DNA of 64,000 nt from an uncultured virus (IMG/VR IMGVR_UViG_3300028553_000021). Taxonomy: Duplodnaviria > Heunggongvirae > Uroviricota > Caudoviricetes. The position numbers were made by a program, and so were the translations under genes. Below are positions 19,301 to 28,195 of this stretch, piece after piece; the first letter of the stretch is position 1; each line of letters starts with the position of its first letter. The stretch lies in IMG/VR virus record IMGVR_UViG_3300028553_000021; one strand, given 5' to 3'. The notes under the pieces were generated by a model, which had not been told where the DNA came from, did no database searches, and worked only from the letters and a program-made list of their open reading frames with translations.

Positions 19301-22300
19301 AAGCTCGTCAATCTAGGGCTATCCAACGTCAAAGCGAGGTTGAAGAAAGCCAAGGCTGCCGGTCGTAATCTCGAAGAGACTTTTACTAACATTGATAAAT
19401 TAGTTTTCACAAATAACTATCAAGGGGGTGGGGGCATTTACGCCGATCCTCGTAATCCGTTTGAAGCTGGGACTCTCTACATTAACCCAGACCAATTAAC
19501 GAGAGTACTCATGTCGGATCTCACGCTAAACCCAGCCGACTTTTTTGCGTCTATGCTGGAGGAAGAAGTCATTCACGCCAACCACGGTAAGGCGATGGTT
19601 CGGGCTTTTGTCCAGACTTTTCCGCCCGAGAAAAACAAAGAAGTGTACGCTTCCCCAGCGGCTACTCTGGAAGCATATATTAAATTTTACGACGCACAGA
19701 ACGCAGAGATTGAGAATAGCCTGACAATCGATCAAATTAAAAATGTTGTTGGTAAGTATGCTCAGTCCTTGGGTATAGACCTAGCGGGAAAAACTAAAGA
19801 ACAAATTGTTCAAGAGTTCAACGTGGGTCGTCCGGGAAGACTAGCAGAAGAATACTTGCGGGCTTTAATTCAAGGCCGACAGCTTGGGTCTATAACAGAA
19901 GAGCAAGTTCGGGGTTACACGACTCGGCCTATTTTAAGAATCTTGGGGGCGTTGCGTAATTGGTTTAGAGACTTGGTTGGCAAGGGAGTACAGAAAAGAA
20001 AAACTTTCGTAGATAGACAGCACGACGCTATTTTATCGGTTCTTCTTAGCTCATCCCCGACCGAACGTTTAGCGGCTCAGGGTGAGATTAACACCGCGAT
20101 ACCTGGGCGCATCCTTGCGTCTAGCATTGATCCGTTCGCCGAAGAACTCAACAGACTTAATAAAAACACAAACGCCAAGCTCGAAGCAGAGATTCAAAAA
20201 GAGTTTGGGCCTAGGAATAAAGAGACAGGCGAGGGAGGTCTTTGGAGAAGGACTATCATTGGGAGACTGAAGAGGTCATTCCCAGCAGTAGACCCAACTG
20301 AGGTAGAGAGCTTGGTATACGCTTCTATTCCGGAAGCGATGGGTTCCTTTGACGAAGACAAGGGAGCTAAGTTTCCAACTTATTTATACGGAATTGCTCA
20401 GAAAAAAATCCTGAGAGAAAAATATAAAACCCTTAAAAGAAGAACTAGAGAAGTGGCGAGTTTTCAGGCTCCAGGTTTTTACAATATTCCGTTGAGTTTA
20501 AAGTCGGCGCAAGAAGCAGATATTGAAGCGGAAGCAGAAGCTCCAATTGAATCCGAAGATCTAACTCCTGAGCAACGTGCCGAAAAACTCTTGGCTAGAG
20601 CGCCCAGCCTTGAAAAAGAACTTGACGCACAAGAAAAAGTTTCTCCGGTTTTGGAAGAAAAAGCAGTTGCTGCGGCCTATGAGCCAGAAACTGGCAGAAC
20701 AAATTTGGCGGAAGAAGGACAGGAACTTGAAGAACTTACCCTAGCCGATGGCGAGGCGATAAGCTCTTTGGACGCAGTATCCGCTGAAAAACGCACAGCT
20801 TACCTTGAGGCCCAGCTAGGTGAAGCGGGCAAGTTGCTGGCCACCGCGGCCAAAGCACTGGGGTTAACTAAGATTGAAACAGAAGTCTTGGCGTACGCCG
20901 CGGACCCAGATGGTTCTATTCTAACGCGAAAAGAAATCACCGATAAATACGGATTAACCAACGACCAGTTTACGAACATGAGGGATGACGTTCTTACTCG
21001 CATGCGCGAACAGCTTGGCCGTGCCGGTGTGACAAGGACGGCTGATGTTCTGGCTTCCTCCATCGATCCAACCCGAAGTCAAGCGTTAGCTCGCGCCAAG
21101 ACTACCCTGCCGGCGGACGTTGCTGCTGAGATCGATACTATCATTCAAGATCCTTTTACCGATGCGGGACTTACTAAATTAGCTAAAGACTTTGTTAAAG
21201 CCAACTCGCCTAACGGCGATGTCATGCATGCCAAGCGTATTCTGGATGGGCGACCGAATATGAAAGAGAGAGAAAGGTTAGCCGTCTTAGGCGTAATTGG
21301 GGTTACTCTAAGAAAACGAGTATCTAAAGTAAACGAAGAAATTAAAAAGAAAGGCAGGAGCCCAGAAAGATTGGCGCTTAAAAACTACTTAGACACAAAC
21401 CTCAGAGAAGTTTTTATTAAGAGCCAGCAAATCAGTTCAGAATTTGGTCAAAACTTAAGGTCAGCCCGCACAAACAACGCTCTGTACCTCCCTTACCATT
21501 GGGAGGGACTTTATACTGGGCCTATAGGTAGCCAACAAGAAGAACTTCTTCGAACCAAACAAGAAGTGATAAAGGCCAGAGCTGAAATAGAAAGACTTTT
21601 GGACATCATTAGTGGGGACGCTGTCGATGGGATTTACATTAAACCGCCCGAATCTCCAGATGACGATGCCAAAATTGGGGTCGGAGACAAACCAATTAAA
21701 ACCCCTCTTCCAGAGGGAGAAAACTTTTACGAACTTTTATCTCTATTCGGAGACATGAGCCCTACAGAGGGGGAAACTTTTAGCGACTACCTGCAAAGGC
21801 TTGGGGTTAACTATGATGATGTAGTTTCAAACTTAGAAGGCATGAAGGCAGCCTCGGTTTCGCCCGCAGCGGTTACAAAAATTCTACCGGAGGGTTTAAA
21901 AAACTTATCTGCTAAAGAGGCGATCCGCAAGTTGGTTGCTATCGATAAAAACTTTTTTGGTAAGCTGGTCGCACTCCGAATTAAATCAGGTGGCGGGACG
22001 ACTGAAGCTCAGGTTGCGGAAGGGCTGGATCGCAAAAAGTTGGACGTGAAAGACAGGCCAGCAGAACTTCAGACCGTATTTGATTTCTTCGGTTCGACGG
22101 AGAGTACGAAACCAACCTCGGAAGCCCCAATTGAAAAAGACATCCTACCCCCGTTGGTTCGTTTGGCTAAATACGCAGCTGATACAATTACAGATCGGGT
22201 CATGCGCTCGCTCGGGGCAGATAAAGCAAAGATGGAAAAGGGGTCCTTTGAAAAGTTGGAGCGTCAAGTTCGAGCTCTAGTTAATGCTCAATTCAGACAA

Positions 22301-25063
22301 GAGACCAACCCAATCCAAGCCAGCAAAGAAGACACGAGATCTGTTGAACAGCGATTGCTGGACATGGTACAACGAATCCAACTTGCCGAGACCGTCTTTA
22401 ACGATGTAAAGGCTAAGTTGCAGGCGGAAATAATCGCAGATAATCGAGCTAAAGAACTAAAGGCTGAAACCCAACTGTCAACAAAAGAGAGGGCGGATCT
22501 AGAAGCAAGGGCCAATCGTTTGTTTAACCCGAACGCTATTAATAGCCTTGATAGTTTACTGCGTAAGACAATTGATTTTAAGGCGGAGGCTCGTAAACAC
22601 ATGAGCCAAAGGGGGGCGTCGGTCGAGTCTCTTACTGAAGTGATAAAGACTAAGTTTCCAGGTTTCACGCCGGCTCAAGCTGAATCTCTAGGAAAATTTT
22701 TAAGTTCTCGATACGCAAGAATTCTTAAAGAAAGCGGAGAGAGACAGCTCTTGAATATTACCCGAAGGCTTGGGGAAAAGGCAACAGCTATGCCCAAGGG
22801 GAAAATGCAACAGCTTTTAGAACTTATAAATCTTGGGGCGTTTGACGAAGAAAAATTCTATAACGCTATTGCAGAACGCTATGATATCCCAGACTGGGAC
22901 CCAGCAATAGCGGAAGAGATTCGTCGACAAGCAGATGTTCTTCAAAACTTACCCTTGGGTTCCGATCAACAAGCCACGGCAACCTTTCAACTTCAAGCTT
23001 ACATTGCACAAAAAGTAAACAAACAAAAAAGGGGATGGGCTAGATTAGGTCGCAATCTTGATGTTGCCGCCTCTGTTTGGAAAGCTGGAGTTTTATCTGG
23101 GCCCCCCACTCAAATTGTTAATTTAGGGGCCACTCACTTGAACGTATTGTTTGAACTTTTAGCTGAAGCGAATGCGTATAAAAAACTGGCGAAGACGAAA
23201 GGAAAAGATGCGAAGTTTGGTGATTTCTTTAAGACGGGTCTGATCGCTTACTGGGACACAGTAGGCCGAGTAGGGGTTGAGCAAGCTAGTGACGCTTTCT
23301 CTACCGGTTTGACCAGATTTCGAAACGAAAAACAGATTGAGCTTTCTCCTTTAGAAGTTTTTAAATTCGATACGGACAAAACTTGGACCTTCAATAATTA
23401 TATTGCTGCTTGGAAGATTGTCGGGCGGGCTATGGCGGGAGCGGATACCTACAACTCGGTCATTGCGAATGAAGCCAAAGCCAGAATGGCGGCTAGATAT
23501 GCTTTGCTGACAGAGGGTCTGACGGCCGAAGAAGCCACTAAAAGAACGCAAGAAATTTTTGATAGGAACAGTGCCACTTCAGTTGCCTTGCAAGAGCAAG
23601 TCAACCGAGAGGAAGCTGACGAACAGTTTGGTTCTCTTGCTGGGCTAGATCCCAAAAGCTCTGCCTATCGGTCTACGAAAAGAAATATAGAGGCGGGCAA
23701 GCGTCGCAGATTTGAACAGTTGCGGGATGAAACAATCGCCAAGGAAAGTAAACTTGGAGAAACAGGAATGCAGGCAATTCGAGACTTCACACAGAAAGCA
23801 ACTTTTAACAACCGACCAGAGGGGTTGATCGGATATATTGGCGGGGAAATTGTGGGAGCACTTGCGGGGAAAGTTCCGCTACTGACCCCATTTGCTGCGT
23901 TTCCTCGGACGATCGCGAACATTATTAATTCTGGACTCAACTATACTCCTTACGGATATGCTCGAGCTTACGGGTTCTCTATCGGAAACATGTTTGATAT
24001 AATCCGTACGGGTAATTATGCTTTCAAGGCTCCCGAACAGGGAAGCGTTGAGTTCCATAAGCTACAGGCTCAAGCCTTTTGGGGTTCTATCGTAGCGTTT
24101 ACTTTGATAGGTCTTGCACTCAGAGATATAGATGAAGATTGGGACGATGCTTTCTTCGCGGTAACTGGACGAGGCCCTGCAGACGCGGAACAAAGGGAAC
24201 AACTCCGAGCATCTGGCTGGACAGAGAACACCGTTAAGTTTGGCTCGTTGCGCTTTAAACATACAGATTTCCCAGGCCTTAATACTATCTTCGGAGCGAT
24301 GGCTTTGGTGTCTGACATGTATCGATATGGCAACCTGAAAGAAGAGGACCTTGCAACTATTGCCACAACGGCGGCAATGTCTATTGGAAACTCTATCTTT
24401 GACAAGCAATTATTGAGCGGGGCAAAAACTTTATTTGAAGCAGTATCTGACCGAGGCAATTCTTCGGATAAGGCAAAACGGCTCATTCAAAGCTACACCG
24501 GTGGGTTTTTGAATCCTGGGTTTGCGAGGTGGATGACGAAAACATTTAATATTGGAGCCGACGGTATGGTGGGGGTCGTCGACTATAAAGAGCTTAACTC
24601 TACGACAGCGGGGTGGTTGATGGGGCTTACCCCAATGGCCGTTGTAGTCGGCAAACCAGAGCTCAATCGTCTGGGAGAACCCATTCGAGAATACCCCTAC
24701 ACAGCAACAATGAGACGGTTTGGATTTGTGCCAGAGGTAAAAGAACACCCGGTGTTCTCCCCATTAGTGAAAGCCGGCCTGTTCGTTCCTGGCGCTAGCA
24801 TTGGGCTAAAGATAAAAGATTTTGAAAAGGGCAAGGTTGTTCAGCGCAAGATGGACCGAGAAGAGTTTTACAACTACTCTAAATATAACGGAGAATACTT
24901 GCGACGCCGGTTAACCCCGCAGAAAGCTCAAGCCTTGGCCAGACTCGCCTCGCGTAGCCCAGAGGTAGCTCAAAAAGAATTGGAGAAACTCGCCGGGGAC
25001 GCTAGGGAGTATGGTAAAAATAGGATTGAGCAGGAAATCCGGATTAAACGCCGAAGAAAATAG
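16352..25063 (+). CDS. Giant internal virion/ejection polyvalent protein (2903 aa) with zincin-like and sigma-70-like domains
   Basis: Third and largest ejection-position gene; hydrophobic G/A-rich N-region, Pro/Ala/Glu linkers, EEVIH...AEE zincin-like segment, sigma region 2/4-like segments. Confidence 0.75.
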   Translation: MAVINEEDLQEYLEEQRALAEAPEEFEAPVAQVQEAPAQEFTNWDSYTSDPEYQTLDSSEKQELYDRWRQYATNYLASTGNLTTKDDLEFTKSYFSGIAEQEGLKGADYKPPNYAEQLIQQGQSGYRSLESGVAGYGALIGVADTESAANAIAERNRQEQDKYISPEFQEYGNKQLGFFGAVKEIVTNPFDLALPFLAQSMGSNLPALASSLGIAGVGGAVAGPAGAASAGLYSSAILGGATDALVTVDQLIKEEVQKRGLNPTDPQAVASVLADPEFKTYAIKYANARGLAIGATGLAAFGLGTILATPAREIAKAGVRGIAGEVGKQIGIQVVSEPVGEVAAQAGAQVATGQPIDIKGREVAEELVVGLPMSGVEAGVLTYKNLVENNAPATADEVLVNQVSDFRKQELERALARNEVDKFYGVLSIGEKAKTLGLAPNAVLTGEQSIFDTLTTEEKQAVQVAFEATKQRVQPPVLAREEVPAQAGEQPPVLKEPVAKVAAEVPPVLEPQVTAEEAEAEAAKAFEQALETTPPAPEVAVTPQEAVREAGAEAGVPAPAPETTAPISEAVQVPLEQVAPASAQAVAETPAPAPVPETPATQEKDLEEIISDAADSQRGKPESVMMDVTMKLKDETASSPSLIDLLEHVGDLSNRAQKRNAITNVEEKIRKVERYGQDGRDTLEKEIEQGYRDNAEYRVLKSIPELAALRDRVGEPEGPTSLFEVYERVRKEHGSKIEAEIKRSKEIAKQELKKYVEAHEKFNKPVTKLGKLGKDAAIALGNQDFNKLRSIVSEMRKWIDTYNKANEQKRDTMFNELAGKPTTAPVTQKLPPTKKQVTVLSKLGYLPADIEGLDRVQAKEIIGNQTPKTPTIEAPKEKVEAPAQAGTPAPAVPPAPVVGETPAASAQPPAGEVSLPVAPPASEPTTQTSLEERLGQADKKLTALLEKLGGVLGSDVKLDAASVAAFFGGVPDQATQARIESVLKLVNLGLSNVKARLKKAKAAGRNLEETFTNIDKLVFTNNYQGGGGIYADPRNPFEAGTLYINPDQLTRVLMSDLTLNPADFFASMLEEEVIHANHGKAMVRAFVQTFPPEKNKEVYASPAATLEAYIKFYDAQNAEIENSLTIDQIKNVVGKYAQSLGIDLAGKTKEQIVQEFNVGRPGRLAEEYLRALIQGRQLGSITEEQVRGYTTRPILRILGALRNWFRDLVGKGVQKRKTFVDRQHDAILSVLLSSSPTERLAAQGEINTAIPGRILASSIDPFAEELNRLNKNTNAKLEAEIQKEFGPRNKETGEGGLWRRTIIGRLKRSFPAVDPTEVESLVYASIPEAMGSFDEDKGAKFPTYLYGIAQKKILREKYKTLKRRTREVASFQAPGFYNIPLSLKSAQEADIEAEAEAPIESEDLTPEQRAEKLLARAPSLEKELDAQEKVSPVLEEKAVAAAYEPETGRTNLAEEGQELEELTLADGEAISSLDAVSAEKRTAYLEAQLGEAGKLLATAAKALGLTKIETEVLAYAADPDGSILTRKEITDKYGLTNDQFTNMRDDVLTRMREQLGRAGVTRTADVLASSIDPTRSQALARAKTTLPADVAAEIDTIIQDPFTDAGLTKLAKDFVKANSPNGDVMHAKRILDGRPNMKERERLAVLGVIGVTLRKRVSKVNEEIKKKGRSPERLALKNYLDTNLREVFIKSQQISSEFGQNLRSARTNNALYLPYHWEGLYTGPIGSQQEELLRTKQEVIKARAEIERLLDIISGDAVDGIYIKPPESPDDDAKIGVGDKPIKTPLPEGENFYELLSLFGDMSPTEGETFSDYLQRLGVNYDDVVSNLEGMKAASVSPAAVTKILPEGLKNLSAKEAIRKLVAIDKNFFGKLVALRIKSGGGTTEAQVAEGLDRKKLDVKDRPAELQTVFDFFGSTESTKPTSEAPIEKDILPPLVRLAKYAADTITDRVMRSLGADKAKMEKGSFEKLERQVRALVNAQFRQETNPIQASKEDTRSVEQRLLDMVQRIQLAETVFNDVKAKLQAEIIADNRAKELKAETQLSTKERADLEARANRLFNPNAINSLDSLLRKTIDFKAEARKHMSQRGASVESLTEVIKTKFPGFTPAQAESLGKFLSSRYARILKESGERQLLNITRRLGEKATAMPKGKMQQLLELINLGAFDEEKFYNAIAERYDIPDWDPAIAEEIRRQADVLQNLPLGSDQQATATFQLQAYIAQKVNKQKRGWARLGRNLDVAASVWKAGVLSGPPTQIVNLGATHLNVLFELLAEANAYKKLAKTKGKDAKFGDFFKTGLIAYWDTVGRVGVEQASDAFSTGLTRFRNEKQIELSPLEVFKFDTDKTWTFNNYIAAWKIVGRAMAGADTYNSVIANEAKARMAARYALLTEGLTAEEATKRTQEIFDRNSATSVALQEQVNREEADEQFGSLAGLDPKSSAYRSTKRNIEAGKRRRFEQLRDETIAKESKLGETGMQAIRDFTQKATFNNRPEGLIGYIGGEIVGALAGKVPLLTPFAAFPRTIANIINSGLNYTPYGYARAYGFSIGNMFDIIRTGNYAFKAPEQGSVEFHKLQAQAFWGSIVAFTLIGLALRDIDEDWDDAFFAVTGRGPADAEQREQLRASGWTENTVKFGSLRFKHTDFPGLNTIFGAMALVSDMYRYGNLKEEDLATIATTAAMSIGNSIFDKQLLSGAKTLFEAVSDRGNSSDKAKRLIQSYTGGFLNPGFARWMTKTFNIGADGMVGVVDYKELNSTTAGWLMGLTPMAVVVGKPELNRLGEPIREYPYTATMRRFGFVPEVKEHPVFSPLVKAGLFVPGASIGLKIKDFEKGKVVQRKMDREEFYNYSKYNGEYLRRRLTPQKAQALARLASRSPEVAQKELEKLAGDAREYGKNRIEQEIRIKRRRK

Positions 25064-25265
25064 TCCAAATTGAACGAGGCAATATACAAAAGAGTAGGGC
25101 AGTCCCCCAATAATAAGCACAGGCAACCCCAATGAAACAGCAGAAGCACAACCAAAACTCCGGGCAACAAAGCTCCTTAAGTGCTTCCGGTAAGCCCCGA
25201 GCGGCGTTCGCCAAGGCGTCTGTCGGAAACACCACATCAGTTGGTTCTTTTCGTTTTCTTTTCAT
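25044..25265 (-). CDS. Small Cys-rich membrane protein antisense to the late operon
   Basis: AAGAAAGGA RBS upstream of ATG; hydrophobic C-terminal half. Confidence 0.6.
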   Translation of the reverse strand: MKRKRKEPTDVVFPTDALANAARGLPEALKELCCPEFWLCFCCFIGVACAYYWGTALLFCILPRSIWTIFFGV

Positions 25266-25333
25266 ACTAGTTCCTTTCTTGGTTAGGGGTTTGGGACTGG
25301 ACTGTCCAGTCTTTTTATAGGAGATAAGAGAGT

Positions 25334-25480
25334 ATGCCTTTAGGTCGAAAAACTAAACCCAAAGACGCTTGTTATAACAAGGTCAAAGCTCGGTATAAGG
25401 TATGGCCTTCGGCCTATGCCAGCGGGGCATTGGTTAAATGTCGTAAGGTTGGGGCCAAGAACTGGGGAAATTCTAAATGA
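25334..25480 (+). CDS. Small basic protein (48 aa), 'DACYxKVK..WPSAYASGALVKCRK' phage family
   Basis: Manual translation MPLGRKTKPKDACYNKVKARYKVWPSAYASGALVKCRKVGAKNWGNSK; motif recalled from aquatic phage proteins. Confidence 0.75.
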   Translation: MPLGRKTKPKDACYNKVKARYKVWPSAYASGALVKCRKVGAKNWGNSK

Positions 25481-25629
25481 AATGGTGGTGGTCGATCCTC
25501 ATCCCGGCGATTGCTTTGGGTATGAGCGGGTGTTGGGAGTTTGAGGAAGAGGGTTGGTCAGATTGGAATTCGACTGAGCCAACACTACAGCATGCGCAAG
25601 ATGCGATGAGGGATGACCATGGGATTTGA
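25477..25629 (+). CDS. Small lipoprotein (50 aa)
   Basis: MKWWWSILIPAIALGMSGC lipobox; ATGA coupling. Confidence 0.6.
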   Translation: MKWWWSILIPAIALGMSGCWEFEEEGWSDWNSTEPTLQHAQDAMRDDHGI

Positions 25630-25846
25630 GCTAGAGAAGAAATATGGATTACACGGCTGGTTCAAAAGAAACAAGGGCAGGGGGTGGGTTAACTGCAAGA
25701 CCGGAGGACCTTGTGGTCGTTCCGATTCTAGCAAGGGGAGCTACCCAGCTTGCCGTCCCACAAAGTCGATGTGTACATCGGCTTCTAAAAAGAAGACGGG
25801 ACCGGAGAGGATAAGTTGGAAGGGATTAGGGAGAGGAAAAAAATAA
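25613..25846 (+). CDS. Small basic Cys-containing protein (DUF5872-like)
   Basis: 'WF...WV...CGR...YPACRP' motif. Confidence 0.65.
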   Translation: MTMGFELEKKYGLHGWFKRNKGRGWVNCKTGGPCGRSDSSKGSYPACRPTKSMCTSASKKKTGPERISWKGLGRGKK

Positions 25847-25847
25847 T

Positions 25848-26783
25848 ATGGCTGATACATTTACAGACGCAATCGAAGCGGGGGCATCAAATCGTCCCAG
25901 TTTCTCGCAAGAGGGTTTAGATTTGGTCAGGACTTTCGAGGGGTTCAGACCGGAAGCTTACTATGATCTCGACAACAAAAAGAAAAAGGGAAAGCTAACG
26001 GTGGGTTATGGGTTTACCGACTTCGATATCCCCGACTTAAAGCCAGGATACAAAATAGATAAAGCAAGGGCGGAGCAGATGCTTCCGGATTTGATTGAGA
26101 ACAAATACGGTTCGGCGGTTTTGGAAAAGGTAAAAGCGCCTTTGAATAGCCAGCAGTACAGCGCCTTAGCTAGCTTTGTGTATAACGTTGGGCCTACTGC
26201 TTTCGATAATAGCACCATGCTAAAAAAATTAAACGCGGGTGACTTTTCCGGAGCTGCTTCCGAATTCAAGAAGTGGAACAAAGCTGGGGGAAAAACTCTT
26301 GAGGGTCTAACTAAACGGAGGAGAGCGGAAGAGGCATTGTTTAGGGGAGACACGGACTCCCTCGGATCTATACTAGAGTCTCAGAGATTCGGTTTACCGG
26401 AGACGGGGGCATCCAGAACGGAGATGTCTGAAGCTGTGACTCCCATGCCAGACGCACCCAGCGAATCTCCAGAAGAGGTTGGGGCTGGGGTTGCTAGAAG
26501 GATAGCCGCGGAAATGGAAATGACTCCAGAAGAACGAGGCGTCAACGCGGCTAAGAGAGTTGCGGAGAGCATAGAAAACGCAGCTTCGAAACCAGTCGAA
26601 AGCTCGACGGGGGGTAAGTTCAATTTAGAATCTTTCACTAAACTTCTGAGTGGGCCCCAGAAGAAAGGTGACGAAGAGGAGGAAGAGTCTATTCCTTTTG
26701 CGGATAGTGTGAGCTTCAGCGGGAATCTACCGAGAGTTCCTTCCGGACTTCCGAGGAACTCGGGTCTCGGGAGAATGGGCTAA
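25848..26783 (+). CDS. GH24 lysozyme with long acidic C-terminal extension
   Basis: 'FEGFRPEAYYD..TVGYG', 'ALASFVYNVG', 'GLTKRRRAEEALF'. Confidence 0.9.
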   Translation: MADTFTDAIEAGASNRPSFSQEGLDLVRTFEGFRPEAYYDLDNKKKKGKLTVGYGFTDFDIPDLKPGYKIDKARAEQMLPDLIENKYGSAVLEKVKAPLNSQQYSALASFVYNVGPTAFDNSTMLKKLNAGDFSGAASEFKKWNKAGGKTLEGLTKRRRAEEALFRGDTDSLGSILESQRFGLPETGASRTEMSEAVTPMPDAPSESPEEVGAGVARRIAAEMEMTPEERGVNAAKRVAESIENAASKPVESSTGGKFNLESFTKLLSGPQKKGDEEEEESIPFADSVSFSGNLPRVPSGLPRNSGLGRMG

Positions 26784-27085
26784 TGCCGATCGGGAGACCA
26801 AGCAAAGACAGCATGGCGTGCAACCGGCCACGGCCTTCGTGGATCGCAGGCAAGAAGCGTGTGGTTAAGGCTTGCGAGGGTGGTCGGGAGAAGATCGTAC
26901 ACTTTGGGGCTAAAGGCTACGGCCATAACTATTCACCAGCCGCGAGGAAATCGTTCAGGGCTAGGCACAACTGCGCTAACCCGGGGACCAAGTTAAGTGC
27001 TAGATACTGGGCCTGTAAGAACCTCTGGGCAGGGCCTGGGGGCTCCAAGCTGGCTAGCCCCTCAAGCCGTAAGGGCAAATACTAG
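26783..27085 (+). CDS. Small basic protein (DUF5754-like)
   Basis: 'VHFG...RKSFRARH.C...SARYW..LW' motif. Confidence 0.7.
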   Translation: MPIGRPSKDSMACNRPRPSWIAGKKRVVKACEGGREKIVHFGAKGYGHNYSPAARKSFRARHNCANPGTKLSARYWACKNLWAGPGGSKLASPSSRKGKY

Positions 27086-27086
27086 A

Positions 27087-27115
27087 TTGCCAAAGCAGGG
27101 TTAAACCTGTAGATA
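27087..27115 (+). promoter_or_regulatory. Promoter-like TTGCCA-N17-TAGATA
   Basis: Intergenic; matches the 6025 element. Confidence 0.5.
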
Positions 27116-27122
27116 CAAATTT

Positions 27123-27335
27123 ATGTACGGAATGAAGTCAAGCAAGAAGCTCCCCCCAATGAAACCGGTAAGTGGTTCTGGACTGGGCAGACAGAGATAC
27201 TCGACACCACTTCAAAAGAGACCGAAGACTATGGGTGCTGAACCGATAAGGCCAGCAGCGTTGAAAATGAAAACAAGCAAAGCGTCGAGTAAGATATTTA
27301 TGCCGAGGCAAGAAACAAAGAGTATTGGTTCTTGA
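27123..27335 (+). CDS. Small basic low-complexity protein
   Basis: K/M/P-rich ORF following a promoter-like element. Confidence 0.55.
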   Translation: MYGMKSSKKLPPMKPVSGSGLGRQRYSTPLQKRPKTMGAEPIRPAALKMKTSKASSKIFMPRQETKSIGS

Positions 27336-27344
27336 GGAATACCT

Positions 27345-27500
27345 ATGCCCCTTGGCCGTAACGTTTCCAAAAACATTAGCGAGTTGTACGCCGATAATAA
27401 AAAGTCTGGCAAAGAGAAGGGCGATATGGGGAAGCCAAGGAGTCGCGCACAAATTGTAGCAATTGCTCTTAGGGCTGCCGGCAAATCGAAAAAGAAATGA
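27345..27500 (+). CDS. Small basic protein (51 aa), 'SKNISEL...QIVAIAL' family
   Basis: Manual translation; GAGG RBS. Confidence 0.7.
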   Translation: MPLGRNVSKNISELYADNKKSGKEKGDMGKPRSRAQIVAIALRAAGKSKKK

Positions 27501-27871
27501 GCGAACAGTATTACTTGCGGGACACGACTATCCACCCAGCTTCTGGGTTCGTCTACAAGGACGAAGACACCAAGCAAGTGATCACTGCTGGTAGTTTCGC
27601 TGATCTAATTGCCGCTGTTGTTCAGCACCGTAGGAATAACCATCTCGAAGTGGATGCGAAGATCGTTGACGCAATCCACGCTTATATTTGTGCGATGAAT
27701 AACAACGGGCCGTGTGCCAAAGGAACCCGTGGCCTTGGGGATCTGGTTCATACCGTAGCTCAGCCGATTGCGTGGGTAATTGATAAAGCTTTCGGGACGA
27801 ATGTTCAAGGTTGTTGGTCTTGCGGTGGTCGTCGTGATGCTTTGAATAAAGCAGTTCCATTCAATAAATAA
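27497..27871 (+). CDS. Hypothetical protein with GLGD...CxxC..RR..LN motif
   Basis: ATGA coupling; Cys motif. Confidence 0.7.
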   Translation: MSEQYYLRDTTIHPASGFVYKDEDTKQVITAGSFADLIAAVVQHRRNNHLEVDAKIVDAIHAYICAMNNNGPCAKGTRGLGDLVHTVAQPIAWVIDKAFGTNVQGCWSCGGRRDALNKAVPFNK

Positions 27872-27907
27872 TTTGATAGTTGGCCACTAGCCAACTACGT
27901 TTTCTAT

Positions 27908-28195
27908 ATGAATATTGAGGGCGTGAAAAAACCCGTGAAGTATTCCCTTTGGTTTAAGAGGGAGGCCACCAAGGTATCCAAGCTACGCAAGGATATTGAC
28001 GGGCTGAGAGTCGAACATCAAGCTGTGCTCCAAGACATCGAGGATGGAGAGGAGTACGCCAAGGATTTAGAAGAATCGATCTGTGAGTTAGACAAACAAC
28101 TCGTCGCATCGAGGCGGGAGCTGGCTCGCAGGTTCGCAACCTACGACGCCAACTTCCGCCACGATGCCATGTTAGACCCTAGCCTTTTGGACTAG
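27908..28195 (+). CDS. Coiled-coil hypothetical protein, last + strand gene of the block
   Basis: Heptad pattern; preceded by TTGATA-N17-TACGTT. Confidence 0.6.
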   Translation: MNIEGVKKPVKYSLWFKREATKVSKLRKDIDGLRVEHQAVLQDIEDGEEYAKDLEESICELDKQLVASRRELARRFATYDANFRHDAMLDPSLLD

